A stretch of DNA of 63,954 nucleotides, filler included, from an uncultured Bacteriovoracaceae bacterium (GCA_964636255.1; 7 parts of 7 records of this genome joined end to end with filler, not necessarily neighbours in it), one strand, 5' to 3'. Shown: positions 1-10,502, counted from the first letter of the whole stretch. A program made the numbers and translations. Notes: generated by a model not told the origin, from the sequence alone.

Positions 1-65
1 TTGTCAATGATGCGAGTCCCTTTGGTGTACTCTTTTACGATGTTTTCCAGTACGACATTTGCCAT
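1..65 (-). CDS. Sugar ABC transporter ATP-binding subunit, N-terminus only (runs off window)
   Basis: ATG at 65 reads MANVVLENIVKEYTKGTRIID, a typical MalK/UgpC start, 2 nt after the permease stop codon. Confidence 0.75.
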   Translation of the reverse strand, partial: MANVVLENIVKEYTKGTRIID

Positions 66-67
66 GA

Positions 68-898
68 TCACTCCTTAACGGCACCCGCCGTGAGGCCCGA
101 AACAATTCTCTTTTGGAAAATTAATACGAGCAGCACCAGGGGAACGGTCACCAAAACCGAGGCTGCCATGATGCGACCCCAGGGACTTTCATAAGTGCTG
201 GACCCAGAAATTAGTCCAATCGCTACCGGAATGGTTCGCTTGTCAGAAGTTAGAGTGAAAGTCAGCGCAAAAAGAAATTCATTCCAAGCCGCGATAAAAG
301 CCAGAAGAGCTGTGGTCACAACCGACGGGCCCATGAGGGGTAAAAATATCTTGAAGAGTATCGTCGCGGGGTTTGCGCCATCAACGATTGCAGCTTGCTC
401 CAATTCACGCGGCAACTGCCGCATGAAAGTCGTCAGAAGCCAAATGGTGAATGGCAGCGTAAATATCATGTAGGAAAGTGTTAATCCCTTCCAGTCATTG
501 TAGAGCCCGAGACTTCGAATCAGTTCGAACATGCCAGAGAGGACCGCTACCTGCGGAAACATGGAAACGGCTAGTACGCAAAGTAACAAAATATATCGGC
601 CGCGAAATTCAACGCGCGCTAAAGAATAAGCGGCCAGAAGGCCCACAAGCAAACTCATCACCACAGTCGCCGAGGCGACCATAATGGAATTGAGAATGTT
701 GGTTCCAAAGGGTTGTTCGTTAAAAATACTTGTGTAGTTTTCCCAGTGAAATTCTGTTGGCCAATACTCGACCGTAAAAAGTGAACTGCCGCTTTTCAAT
801 GACGATACGATGGCCCAATAGAAAGGAAAAAGCGAAAAGAGGCTGACGAGGCCAACGATGAACCAAAGCAGCACTTTGTCACTAGTTGACTTTTTCAC
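68..898 (-). CDS. malG: Carbohydrate ABC transporter permease (MalG-type, trehalose/maltose-like)
   Basis: EAA loop LPRELEQAAIVDGA, AWNEFLFAL motif, C-terminal GLTAGAVKE, about six TM segments. Confidence 0.92.
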   Translation of the reverse strand: MKKSTSDKVLLWFIVGLVSLFSLFPFYWAIVSSLKSGSSLFTVEYWPTEFHWENYTSIFNEQPFGTNILNSIMVASATVVMSLLVGLLAAYSLARVEFRGRYILLLCVLAVSMFPQVAVLSGMFELIRSLGLYNDWKGLTLSYMIFTLPFTIWLLTTFMRQLPRELEQAAIVDGANPATILFKIFLPLMGPSVVTTALLAFIAAWNEFLFALTFTLTSDKRTIPVAIGLISGSSTYESPWGRIMAASVLVTVPLVLLVLIFQKRIVSGLTAGAVKE

Positions 899-1787
899 TG
901 CTGCCTCCGATGAAATTTAGTTTCGAAGTCGTGACATATATGACGGTGAAGAGCGCTATGAAAGCAAAAATCAAAACCGAAACTGCCGAACCGTAGCCGA
1001 GATCCTGAAAATCGATCATGTTTTTTCGGGCATAAATGCTGATCGATGCCGTGTCGCTGCTATTGGTGGTCATGATGTAAATCAAATCAAAAACTCGCAG
1101 GGCATCTAGCATGCGGAAAATGATAGCAACCGCCAAGGCGGGCTTTATTAGAGGAAGTGTGATTTTGAAAAAAGTTTTGATGCGTCCGGCGCCATCGACC
1201 GCCGCACTCTGATAAATGTTGGACGGGATGCTTTGAAGTCCCGCCAATATAAGGAGAGTCATGAAGGGTGTTGTCTTCCAAACATCGACCAAAATGACGG
1301 CAAGCATGGATAGAACCGGATCCGCAAGCCATGCGACGGGTTCGCTAATGACGCGGAATTTGGTCAAGATATCATTAACGACTCCATAAAGATCGTGGAA
1401 CATCCAAGCCCACATCTTCGCCGACACGACCGTTGGAATTGCCCAAGGCACCATAACGGCAGCGCGCAAGAGCGAGCGACCTCGAAAAGTCTGGTCCAAA
1501 ACTAGCGCGATCCCCAGGCCTAATATGGTCTCTAGCAATACACTGCCGACCGCAAAAACGATCGTGTTCTGGAAGGATTGCCACCACTCAGGATCATTGA
1601 GAACATCCTTGTAATTTTGAAGCCCGATCACTTCGAAGTGGGAAAGATCGGAGAGATTGGCGTCAGTAAAGCTAAACCAAAAAGTGCGCACAAGTGGGAG
1701 AAGGGCAACAGCCGCAAGCACCAATAGTGATGGGGCAAGAAAGAGATAGGCCCAACGCCGACGACTTCGATTGACTTGTGAAATCAT
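882..1787 (-). CDS. malF: Carbohydrate ABC transporter permease (MalF-type)
   Basis: DVWKTTPFM, LAGLQSIP..YQSAAVDGA and ITLPLIKP motifs; overlaps the downstream permease. Confidence 0.92.
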   Translation of the reverse strand: MISQVNRSRRRWAYLFLAPSLLVLAAVALLPLVRTFWFSFTDANLSDLSHFEVIGLQNYKDVLNDPEWWQSFQNTIVFAVGSVLLETILGLGIALVLDQTFRGRSLLRAAVMVPWAIPTVVSAKMWAWMFHDLYGVVNDILTKFRVISEPVAWLADPVLSMLAVILVDVWKTTPFMTLLILAGLQSIPSNIYQSAAVDGAGRIKTFFKITLPLIKPALAVAIIFRMLDALRVFDLIYIMTTNSSDTASISIYARKNMIDFQDLGYGSAVSVLIFAFIALFTVIYVTTSKLNFIGGSSEKVN

Positions 1788-1828
1788 TCGCTCAACTCAC
1801 CGCTTAAGTGTTCGCTCATCGAAACGGC

Positions 1829-3118
1829 TTACCAGCCGCCGCGCTTTTTCAAACGGTTGAGTTTTGTTTCAAGATTTTTCAGAGCTTCCTCTGGGCTTTC
1901 CTTTTTGGAGAGCGCGCGCGAGACCGCATTCCAAAATTCATTGCTCACGCGATTGTAATCCTGTCCGGTAATCTGAGAAGGGCGAGCAACCGAGGATTCC
2001 AAAGAGCTGCCGAATTTCTGCAAAATTGGATTCACCTTCAAAACATCTGGATCTTTGTAAAGGGCGGCAATTGTCGGATTAAAACCATGTTTTACGCGAT
2101 CTTTCTGTTCAGAGCGCCCCGCAAGAAAGCGCGCGAGTGTAACAGCTTCTTTGGGATTCTTGCTGTATTTCGAAACGGCCACATGCCATCCTCCAAGTGT
2201 GGGTGAACCCTTGGGATTCTCTGTAGTTCCGGGGATCGCAAGCACTCCAACTTTTTCACGAACTGGGCTGTCTTTGCTATTTACGAGGCTCCAAGCGTAG
2301 GGCCAATTGCGCATAAAGGCAGCGTTTCCGGATTGGAAAACTCCGCGGGCTTCTTCCTCTGCATAGGTGAGGACCCCGTCCGGCGCGATTGTTCCGACCC
2401 AACTGGCCGCCAGTCTAAGGGCATCGGCCGCCTTTGAGTTATTGATGGTCACCTTGCCGTTGCCATCGATGATTGAGCCTCCGCCAAAGGAACTGATCCA
2501 TTCCAAAGCATTGCAGGTGAGTCCTTCATAGGCTTTGCCCTGGAAAACAAAACCCACAAACTTTGAATTGCTCTTTCGTTCCCCGGCCTGAACTTTTTTA
2601 GCGGCGTCGGTGAGTTCCTGCCAAGTTTTTGGTTCAGCGATTTTGTACTTCGCTAGAAGATCCTTGCGATAATAAATGATGCCCGCATCTACATATTGAG
2701 GGATCGCAACCATGCGTCCCTTGACCGTATTGTTTGCGATGAGTTGAGGGTAATGCTGCTTGATTTCTTCTTCCGGGACGAGTCCATTTAAATCTAGAAA
2801 ATGGTTGCCTAAGATACCCGGCCAAATGACATCAACGGTTAGAATGTCGATGTCAGGTGAATGTGTGGAAAGTAGCTGCTGAAAAAGTGCCAGTTTTTCA
2901 TTGGTGTCGTTGGGCGTGGAGATCATCTTTACGTTGATGCCACTTTCCTTTGCCCACGCTTCCGCGCGCCTTTTACAAATTTCGTATTCCGTACCCACAG
3001 CGCCACAGGCGACCGATAGCGTAATATTTTTTGCAGATGCCGAGGTCGACAATGCGAGAAGAAAAACCAAACTGCGAGAAAGATATTTAAGGCCCGAGAA
3101 TGATGGAAAAAGTTGCAT
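1829..3118 (-). CDS. malE: Sugar ABC transporter substrate-binding protein (trehalose/maltose-like)
   Basis: Signal peptide; DVIWPG, YEGLTCNALEWI, FMRNWPYAW and LGGW motifs; ATG at 3118 has a GGAGG Shine-Dalgarno (track start 3157 less likely). Confidence 0.88.
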   Translation of the reverse strand: MQLFPSFSGLKYLSRSLVFLLALSTSASAKNITLSVACGAVGTEYEICKRRAEAWAKESGINVKMISTPNDTNEKLALFQQLLSTHSPDIDILTVDVIWPGILGNHFLDLNGLVPEEEIKQHYPQLIANNTVKGRMVAIPQYVDAGIIYYRKDLLAKYKIAEPKTWQELTDAAKKVQAGERKSNSKFVGFVFQGKAYEGLTCNALEWISSFGGGSIIDGNGKVTINNSKAADALRLAASWVGTIAPDGVLTYAEEEARGVFQSGNAAFMRNWPYAWSLVNSKDSPVREKVGVLAIPGTTENPKGSPTLGGWHVAVSKYSKNPKEAVTLARFLAGRSEQKDRVKHGFNPTIAALYKDPDVLKVNPILQKFGSSLESSVARPSQITGQDYNRVSNEFWNAVSRALSKKESPEEALKNLETKLNRLKKRGGW

Positions 3119-3216
3119 TTTTGAAGCCTCCAAAAAAGTCGAGTCGTTATATCTCAAAGTCTAGGAATCGACAAACCGTGTATAGCTTCGAGACTCATCT
3201 GAACAGGTTTATGAGC

Positions 3217-5358
3217 CTACCAGACGCTCAGGCCTAGCTCACAGAGAAAGCTCCGAACGCTTCTTGCTTTGAGAAACTCAGCATTTTCATAGCCTGAGGC
3301 CTTCAAAATCTCAGTTGTGACTTTCCGGACGCCAGCATCCTTATGGTGGAGCCCCAAGTTTCCGAGCCTCTCCGCAATATCCGCGTCCAAATTGCTACCT
3401 ATAATTTTGAAATATTCTAAGAAGTGGGGTCTCATTTCGGCACTGCCAATCCAAGTCACAAAGCTACGAAATACGGCTTGCTGGGTCTCGATGAGGCTGG
3501 CGCTAAATGCTTCAAAACCGGGATTGTTTTTCAAAAGGAGCAGGGCCAGTAGAGTTGCTTCCCGATGGCCGCCTACTTTTGGTTTTCTAGCAGCTTTCAA
3601 GATCTCGGTGGCAAAGGTCGCGGTGTTGCGATAGCCAGCTGTTTTGTGGATTCGGAGGACAATTTTCCCGCCCAAGTTTAATTCCTGCGCCGACGAACTT
3701 GAGAGTTCATTTCGAATAAAACTCTCGATCTCCGTAGTGGAGTATCCTAGGTGTGCAAATAGGGCGAGGACCTTTTCGCTCTCAGTACCGTTACCGGAAA
3801 TCTCGTCATAGGACCTGACAGCCCGATGTGCGTTTATAGTTGAAATTGTCGTGAGGGGATTCAGGTAGCCTTTGGTCTCTTCCCACTGAGCTCGATACAC
3901 GGGAGCCTGGCTTACGCCTAAGCGTTCTGCGTAGCGCACCTTCAAATATTGGGCGAGCGGAATTGAAGACCAAAGCAAAAGTTTCCCAAGAGGAAATTCC
4001 CAGTTTTCAAGTTTTACTCCGTAGCCCAAGAGGTCAGGAATTTTGAAGGAAAACGGAATGAGATACATCCCCTGATTTTCCACTTCATATTGATTGAGAT
4101 TTCCGCGACCCTTATCAGGACCATCTTGATGACGAAAGGGTTTCCAGGCATAGCGGGTGAAAGGAATCTTGATGATGGGTTCCCACGGTTTTTCATTCAG
4201 GCGCAACTGGCTGCGCATTTTTACGATTTGATTCCATTCGACCTTGGCCCAGTTATTGGCGATGGCATTCAGAAAAATGCGTCCGTGTAAAAAAGCCGCG
4301 CTGGGATCGTAAATTTGATAGAGCTTGTGGAAACCTTCGGCGACTCCGACAGTCAGGTAAGCGGTAAAAAAGCTGATCATAGAATTCTTGATTCTCTGCA
4401 TGGGTTTTGAACCCAAGTGCGTCCATCGTGTGTATGTGCCTGCATTCACCCCCAGAGTAAATCCGGTTCCCATGTTGATGAGAATGGGGCCGATGTCGAT
4501 CGCGCCGCCATTGATCATTTGATTGGTTTTCGCCATACAAAGCATCAGTCCACCTTGGGCGACGGCACAAAAAGTTCCAAAGATATAATGCTGTTTTTCA
4601 GGTTTCTGCAGAACGTAGGTCCCGTAGCTTTTCCACCATTCTCGCGACCACTTTTCTGCTTTGAGATGCGCCTGGGCATCAAGCTGCAACTGATTCGTTT
4701 CTGCATTGATGCTTTTGAAAACAACGACTGCGTCGCGACCCTTGTCTCCGGCGGAAATATGTTGGGCGGCCAGAATTTTGTTAAATTCCTTTTGGTCGGC
4801 TTTGACCCGTTTCATTTCTTCCGGGCTTAAATCCTTTGAAACCATCTCAAGGAAGCGCGGGTCTAGCTCTTCCTTCTTAAACTGATCGTTCTCCAAGAAG
4901 ACAAAGCTATATTCAAGGTGCTCCAGTTTTACGCGCGCATATATCTTTTTCTGATAAGGGCTCACGCGCAACTCCGCTTCGCCCTTGTCGCGAATGGTGA
5001 TTTTGTATTTCACTTTGTCGACGTTTTTCAGCAGCTCGTCCTGACCCATCGAATCTCGATCCGCTTCCAGTTGGGCCCAGACCAGGGCCTCGAGTTCTTC
5101 GGCGATTTTCAGGGTTTTTATTTGCTCGGATTCAGAACCCAGATTGAGGAGTTCGGGATTCTCGAAGTGGATCGCGGGAGCTTCGATGATGTCTTGAAGT
5201 TCTTCGGGATGACCTATGTTGTTTACTTGCGCAGAGGCCAATCCATTCACAAAAAATGCGGTGAAAAGTAGTAGCTTTTTTGCCCGTGAAATTGTGTTTA
5301 AAAATAAAATATCTTTAGCGCTCTCGTTGGAATGTTCCCTAGATTTCGCCCCAAACAC
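3217..5358 (-). CDS. Hypothetical exported/membrane protein
   Basis: 713-aa ORF with signal-like N-terminus, central hydrophobic segments and helical C-terminus; no family recognised. Confidence 0.7.
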   Translation of the reverse strand: MFGAKSREHSNESAKDILFLNTISRAKKLLLFTAFFVNGLASAQVNNIGHPEELQDIIEAPAIHFENPELLNLGSESEQIKTLKIAEELEALVWAQLEADRDSMGQDELLKNVDKVKYKITIRDKGEAELRVSPYQKKIYARVKLEHLEYSFVFLENDQFKKEELDPRFLEMVSKDLSPEEMKRVKADQKEFNKILAAQHISAGDKGRDAVVVFKSINAETNQLQLDAQAHLKAEKWSREWWKSYGTYVLQKPEKQHYIFGTFCAVAQGGLMLCMAKTNQMINGGAIDIGPILINMGTGFTLGVNAGTYTRWTHLGSKPMQRIKNSMISFFTAYLTVGVAEGFHKLYQIYDPSAAFLHGRIFLNAIANNWAKVEWNQIVKMRSQLRLNEKPWEPIIKIPFTRYAWKPFRHQDGPDKGRGNLNQYEVENQGMYLIPFSFKIPDLLGYGVKLENWEFPLGKLLLWSSIPLAQYLKVRYAERLGVSQAPVYRAQWEETKGYLNPLTTISTINAHRAVRSYDEISGNGTESEKVLALFAHLGYSTTEIESFIRNELSSSSAQELNLGGKIVLRIHKTAGYRNTATFATEILKAARKPKVGGHREATLLALLLLKNNPGFEAFSASLIETQQAVFRSFVTWIGSAEMRPHFLEYFKIIGSNLDADIAERLGNLGLHHKDAGVRKVTTEILKASGYENAEFLKARSVRSFLCELGLSVW

Positions 5359-5492
5359 AGCGCGTAAACTATCGGAAGTTTAAGATATATACAAATATTT
5401 TATATAATACTTAAGTTTTTCTTAAGTATCCTGGCTCAGTGGGCCAATTTTTGACAAGTGAGTCGCATTTTGGGGTGCTGCTTTTGGCTTCC

Positions 5493-6641
5493 TTATTTGA
5501 GGCCATTCCGGGCAAAGCGCTTTAGAGATAGGAAATCGATAGACTCCTGACTCCGTTTGCGAGCGCAGAGCTCTGAAAGGATATTTCCGATCACCGAGGC
5601 GAATTTAAATCCATGCCCAGAAAAGCCACAGGCAATATGCACATTCTCATGTTCCGGATGCCGGTCGACGATAAAATTTTCATCAGGACTCATGGTGTAC
5701 ATGCACGCTTCCTCGCGCAGAATCTGCGGAGGCTCTGCCGAAAGAAATGCTTCACGGGCAAAGCGCAGAATCTTCTCTTGGTCAGTATCCCTGGAATTTT
5801 TTCGCATTAGTTTCGCATCCAAGAAGTTCTCGCCACCTGAATGTTCGGCAACCTTAATCTCTCCAGCACCATTGAGCGGTGGAAATCCGTAGAAAATGCC
5901 GTATGGGAATTCAAAAAAGTAACAAGGCGTCTTTTTATTCTGCAGAATTGGTGAAGGACTTTGAAGCCAAAAGAGATGCTTTCTTAGAAGGCGCAAGGGG
6001 AGATTAAGTTCCGCAAGAATCTTTCCCGTCCAGGCGCCGGAGCAGAAAACGATTTCTTCTCCGGTGTATTCGCCCTTTGCCGTGCGGATGGAAATGCTTC
6101 TTTGCTCGGAAGTCCAACTCAAGACCTCCTCTCCAAAATGAAAGTTCACTTTCTGAAGAGCGGCCAGTTTAAGATAGGCACGGATACAATCTTCGACACG
6201 AAGAAAGCCTGCATCCGATTCAAAAATACAGCGATATCCGTCCCCCGGATGGCGAAAAATGGCGCTAAATTTTTGCGAGTCCAGTTCTTGCGGGCTGAGT
6301 TCCGACACCGCGATCTGATGTTCTTGGCTGCTGGCCAAGATCCCTTTTAGAAGTGCGCTCTCTTCGGGGCAATAGTAGACAATCCCAGTTTTTTGAAAGA
6401 GTGCCGATGAGGCAGATTCTTCAAGTTCAGCCCAAAGTGCGTAAGCCTTTTTCAACAAGGGGACATAGTGTGGATCTTCGAAATAGGCCTTTCGAATGAT
6501 ACGCGATTCGCCATGTGAGCTGCCCAAAGCATGCGGTGGGTGAAACTGATCAAAGAGATGAACTTCGAAGCCTTGTCGTGCGAGATAAAAGGCTGCGGCC
6601 GAGCCCATAGCGCCGGCACCCACAATTAAAATTCGGCTCAT
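5493..6641 (-). CDS. solA: N-methyl-L-tryptophan oxidase / monomeric sarcosine oxidase
   Basis: GAGAMG FAD motif, GSSHGESRIIRKAY, covalent-flavin Cys in CMYTMSPDENF, GFSGHGFKFA. Confidence 0.92.
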   Translation of the reverse strand: MSRILIVGAGAMGSAAAFYLARQGFEVHLFDQFHPPHALGSSHGESRIIRKAYFEDPHYVPLLKKAYALWAELEESASSALFQKTGIVYYCPEESALLKGILASSQEHQIAVSELSPQELDSQKFSAIFRHPGDGYRCIFESDAGFLRVEDCIRAYLKLAALQKVNFHFGEEVLSWTSEQRSISIRTAKGEYTGEEIVFCSGAWTGKILAELNLPLRLLRKHLFWLQSPSPILQNKKTPCYFFEFPYGIFYGFPPLNGAGEIKVAEHSGGENFLDAKLMRKNSRDTDQEKILRFAREAFLSAEPPQILREEACMYTMSPDENFIVDRHPEHENVHIACGFSGHGFKFASVIGNILSELCARKRSQESIDFLSLKRFARNGLK

Positions 6642-6713
6642 GCTTGGAAAAAATCGAAGATCACTGCAACACAGTCAAGATTTGTCATGGAAATCTCCTC
6701 TACTTCTGAGAGT

Positions 6714-7709
6714 CTAAGCCAGGCGATCGAGTTCATCGGCGGCAATAACGCGCGCCATTTTCACTCCATAGAGCATTTGTGCGTCGCGGTCCTCTCGTCG
6801 GACGACGGTGCCTTGGAAGGCTAGACGCTTGTGCTCCTCGTTTCCAATAAAGCCTGATAGCTTGGTTCCTACTGCGAGCGGCGGCAGTCCTTTTTGCGCC
6901 GGCTCCCAAATCAGTAGACCAAATTCGTTGTAGTTCAAAGTTTGGAAGTGTCGAACGGACTCTCCGGAAATAACTTCCACGGAAATGCTACCTTCAAAGC
7001 GGCGCGCGATCCGGGTGGACTGTTTTTCACGAAGATAAATCCGAGGTTCATTCAGTTGGCTCTTTCCAACGCTGAAAAATTTCCGGCTATGCACTTCAAG
7101 TGCCGTTAAACGGCCATCATAGACACATCCAGTGTCAATGTTGATGCGATTCATGTGAATATCGGGCTCCACAACAGGGGTGTGCCCGTGGACGATCGTT
7201 TTTTCCCATTTATAATTCGTCGACAAAAATGGGTGCCGCATCCATAAAAAATGTAGATTGTGCTTTTCGGGATCGAGGTCCCTCAATGGAATTTCCGGAA
7301 GTCCCGCGTGAACAAAGAAATAGTCTTCGGTTTCATAAAAGTACGGCATCGAAAGAATGAACTTTAAATGATCCTCGGGAATCTCATAGGTCCCTGTCTC
7401 GTCCGCATAGCTTGCTAATGTTGAACTGCCGCCATTAATGACAAAGGAAGCTGCGTCCGGAGTTTTTCGGTCTTCGACAAAATGAATGAACATGTCTTCG
7501 TGATTTCCGCGAAGAGCGACAACGCGGTATTGCTGAGAAAGATTGATGACTGTGCTTACGACTTCTTGGCTATAGTTTCCACGGTCGATCAAATCACCTA
7601 AGAATACGATGGTTGAATCGGGCGTCAGGGGGAGTTCGGCCAAAAGAATGTGCAATTCTCGAGCACACCCATGCACGTCGCCGATTGCAAATACCGGAGC
7701 CTTGGTCAT
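6714..7709 (-). CDS. Metallophosphoesterase (PPP/PphA-like Ser/Thr phosphatase) with C-terminal PilZ-like domain
   Basis: GDVHG, GDLIDRG, RGNHE, HAG, HGHT and IDTG motifs; C-terminal RIARR...NYNEFG...GTVVR...YGVK. Confidence 0.85.
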   Translation of the reverse strand: MTKAPVFAIGDVHGCARELHILLAELPLTPDSTIVFLGDLIDRGNYSQEVVSTVINLSQQYRVVALRGNHEDMFIHFVEDRKTPDAASFVINGGSSTLASYADETGTYEIPEDHLKFILSMPYFYETEDYFFVHAGLPEIPLRDLDPEKHNLHFLWMRHPFLSTNYKWEKTIVHGHTPVVEPDIHMNRINIDTGCVYDGRLTALEVHSRKFFSVGKSQLNEPRIYLREKQSTRIARRFEGSISVEVISGESVRHFQTLNYNEFGLLIWEPAQKGLPPLAVGTKLSGFIGNEEHKRLAFQGTVVRREDRDAQMLYGVKMARVIAADELDRLA

Positions 7710-7781
7710 GGCGCTAGTTTGCCACTAGGCAGTCGTCCCTTGCAACTTAGAGGGGAAGATATTTGTGACCCCTTTGAATGA

Positions 7782-8480
7782 TCAAAGTGCTGACGGGAGT
7801 CGCGAAGTGGGGCCACGATCAATGCGAAAATTTCGACCTTTAAAGAAAACTTGGGCTGGTCCGACGATGCGCGTTTCATTTTCGTTGAGCACAATGCCAC
7901 CGAAATCCGGAGATCCGAGCAAAGGGTAGGGCGACTTGCGACTATACTGACTGAGAGCTCGTCGATAGCGGTCGCTGTTGCGATAGTGGGGGAAAAACTC
8001 GTAGTTAACCAGACCCAGGCTCTTTAAATTTTTAAGATTGACGTAATTGTCGTCGCGATCAAAGCGCGGGAAACTAGCTGTGGTGATTGAGGGAGTAAGC
8101 AAAATCGCACCAGCACTGAATCCGGCCACAACTTTACCTGGCGTTTGCGCAAAGGCCAGAAGACTTCGCATTAAACCACTACGGCGCAATGTCGACAAAA
8201 AGTAAAACGTATTTCCCCCTGCCAGAAATATGATGTCACTCTGAAAAGCATTTTCTATGAGTGAGGGGCTGGGGAGGTGGTCGACCGGGAAATAGATATA
8301 TTCCAGGCTGCGTAGTTGGTCGAAGGCATCGACGAATTCCGCAAAATCCTGCATTCCCCATTCTGAACTCGATGGAATGAAGGTGATTCGCGGGCGTGAC
8401 TTTCTGGTGAGGTCTAGTGTGCTTTGATTCAGCACCCGATTGGCCCCGTAATCTCCGCCGCTGTAGAGCACAATTCGCAT
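7782..8480 (-). CDS. Peptidase E / S51 family (class I glutamine amidotransferase-like)
   Basis: GGNTFY, nucleophile elbow GFSAGA, FFPHY. Confidence 0.88.
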   Translation of the reverse strand: MRIVLYSGGDYGANRVLNQSTLDLTRKSRPRITFIPSSSEWGMQDFAEFVDAFDQLRSLEYIYFPVDHLPSPSLIENAFQSDIIFLAGGNTFYFLSTLRRSGLMRSLLAFAQTPGKVVAGFSAGAILLTPSITTASFPRFDRDDNYVNLKNLKSLGLVNYEFFPHYRNSDRYRRALSQYSRKSPYPLLGSPDFGGIVLNENETRIVGPAQVFFKGRNFRIDRGPTSRLPSAL

Positions 8481-8483
8481 GGC

Positions 8484-10316
8484 TCAGATTTCCTCTCGGC
8501 TATCTTTGATGATGTCGACGAGTTTTAAGAGCTGCCGTTTTTCTTCGGGCGATTGATTGGTGCGCAGGACATTTCTTGGTTCAGACTGGAAACGGATAAA
8601 TTCTTCGACCATGGCCTGGAGTTTTTTTCCGGGGCCTTCTCGGCTGATCAACTTTTGGGTCGCTCGGAGAATCCCGTTTCCTGTGATTTGATCAAATCGA
8701 TTCAAAAGAGCGCTGCGCATCGTGACTTCCAACAGAGTACGATTCAAACCTTGGCGCTGGTAAGTGGCGATCGCTTGAATGATGGCCATGTAGGTTTGTT
8801 GGAGAGAGTTGGCTCGTTGCTGCAGTTCATTGGTGATTTTGAGGTCTTCGGCGGTGGCATAGGAAGACTGCAGGATTCCAATTAATTCATCTGTCGAGAG
8901 AGCCTCAAAACGCGACATCAAAACCTTGGGATATTCGCGCAGAAAATCGCGCATGGAATAGATCGCATTCGATGTAATGCCATCTTCGACCTTGTAGATG
9001 CCGACCTTGGATTGAAGACGTTCAAAATATTCGAACTGTTTTTCAAAGTCGCGGACGATCTTTTTGTTATTCTCCATCAAATAGTTTTGGCAGCGGTCCG
9101 AGAGACCGATTTTTTTCAATAGAAAGAGGCTTTTGTAATCTTCGAACTGTTCATCAAAACGGCGCAAAGCAGGGTCGTTGTCAAAATCCGTAATGGGCCG
9201 CTTTTTTCCGTGCGTGATGTAATCCGTGATTTGCGCAAAGGTTTGGACGATGTAACGCGCCTTTTGCTTTTGCTCCAAGATGTTGGTCGAGTAGCGATCG
9301 ACATCGTCATAGCGATAATCTTTGTGGAAGAGTCCGAATTGGCGGATGGAGCCATAATCTAGAATGGCGGCGTCTTCGGCCAGGATGTTGTCGCCGTCCC
9401 AATCGAACCAGCAGAAAATGTATTCACGCTCGAAGAGCGCAGCCGAACGTGCGAAGGATAAGGTCATTCGCTGAAGAAAGCTTGAATAAGTGGAGCCGCT
9501 TTTTTTTACGTGCTGATGATTGGAGCTTTCGCGTTCGATGTAATAATCGACCAAATCTTTTAACTCTTTCAGGCGGTTTTGCTTGAGATAGCGAAACATG
9601 TGGGCCGGACGCAAAAGATTGCGTGCCGCACGCACATTGATCGAGGTGTTATTGCGATAGCGGATCACCGCTAGACAGCGTTCGGTTGGAATGCGCCGTT
9701 GAGCAAAAATTTCACTCATCACCAAAGCAGACATGGCATCAGGGAAGTCAGCCATGCCGCATCCATAGGATATGCTGGGATCTCCGCTTCGAAAGTGTTT
9801 TCCGTGCTTGGAGGTGGCGGGACTGAGGCAGGTCGCGCCGGTTCCACAGCTCGATATGTCCCAGGTCACGCCATTGCGGGAAAACTGCCCATTCCAAATG
9901 CTGCGCCCGTCGCCGGAGTTTTTTCCACTCTTGTCGTCATGCTGAAGTTGCAGGTAACGGGTGGCCATGAAAGTTTTTTCTTTGATTTCCTTTTTGGGAA
10001 AGGAAACTTTATTTTCGATGTCCCACTCGTTGATGATGATGAGTCCGAAGGTATCGAGAATCTTTTCTTCGAGCTTTTTATTGAGTTCATGTGGGTGATC
10101 GGCAGCGATCAAGCCCATTTCTTTTGCGAGATCAAAATTGAAATAGGCGACTTGGCCACCGCTGCGCTTTCGCGCACGGTATTCGACACAAAAGTCAGCC
10201 ACACGTTCCTTAAGATCGTGACTTCCATCGATTTCCGAAAAGCCATCGTAAGCCGGAGGCGCATTGCGCGCCGGGGCCGAACTACGCCGTTGGCTCTTTT
10301 GAGCAGGTTTCGACAT
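8484..10316 (-). CDS. Divergent SelO/YdiU-like pseudokinase (protein adenylyltransferase family)
   Basis: SGDGRS, SEIF...IPTERCL, VRAA..LLRP, DGDNI...LDYGS align in order with SelO motifs. Confidence 0.7.
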   Translation of the reverse strand: MSKPAQKSQRRSSAPARNAPPAYDGFSEIDGSHDLKERVADFCVEYRARKRSGGQVAYFNFDLAKEMGLIAADHPHELNKKLEEKILDTFGLIIINEWDIENKVSFPKKEIKEKTFMATRYLQLQHDDKSGKNSGDGRSIWNGQFSRNGVTWDISSCGTGATCLSPATSKHGKHFRSGDPSISYGCGMADFPDAMSALVMSEIFAQRRIPTERCLAVIRYRNNTSINVRAARNLLRPAHMFRYLKQNRLKELKDLVDYYIERESSNHQHVKKSGSTYSSFLQRMTLSFARSAALFEREYIFCWFDWDGDNILAEDAAILDYGSIRQFGLFHKDYRYDDVDRYSTNILEQKQKARYIVQTFAQITDYITHGKKRPITDFDNDPALRRFDEQFEDYKSLFLLKKIGLSDRCQNYLMENNKKIVRDFEKQFEYFERLQSKVGIYKVEDGITSNAIYSMRDFLREYPKVLMSRFEALSTDELIGILQSSYATAEDLKITNELQQRANSLQQTYMAIIQAIATYQRQGLNRTLLEVTMRSALLNRFDQITGNGILRATQKLISREGPGKKLQAMVEEFIRFQSEPRNVLRTNQSPEEKRQLLKLVDIIKDSREEI

Positions 10317-10502
10317 CTCAACTACTTAACGGCATTTTTGCCGCGGGAGTTAAGCCGTTGATGCTGCGGCGCATGACTAATGTGCATGGGGTTAAAAGCG
10401 CGGCGATTAGTTTGGAATGCGGATTAACGGGCTTCTCGTTCTTTTTTGATGCGGGCGATGCGTGCTCGAGAGTTTTGAGTCGGGAAGTGGAGCGATTACC
10501 GA

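Noticed and set aside
9699..10361. 220-aa plus-strand ORF
   Set aside because: Antisense shadow of the SelO-like gene with no recognisable motifs
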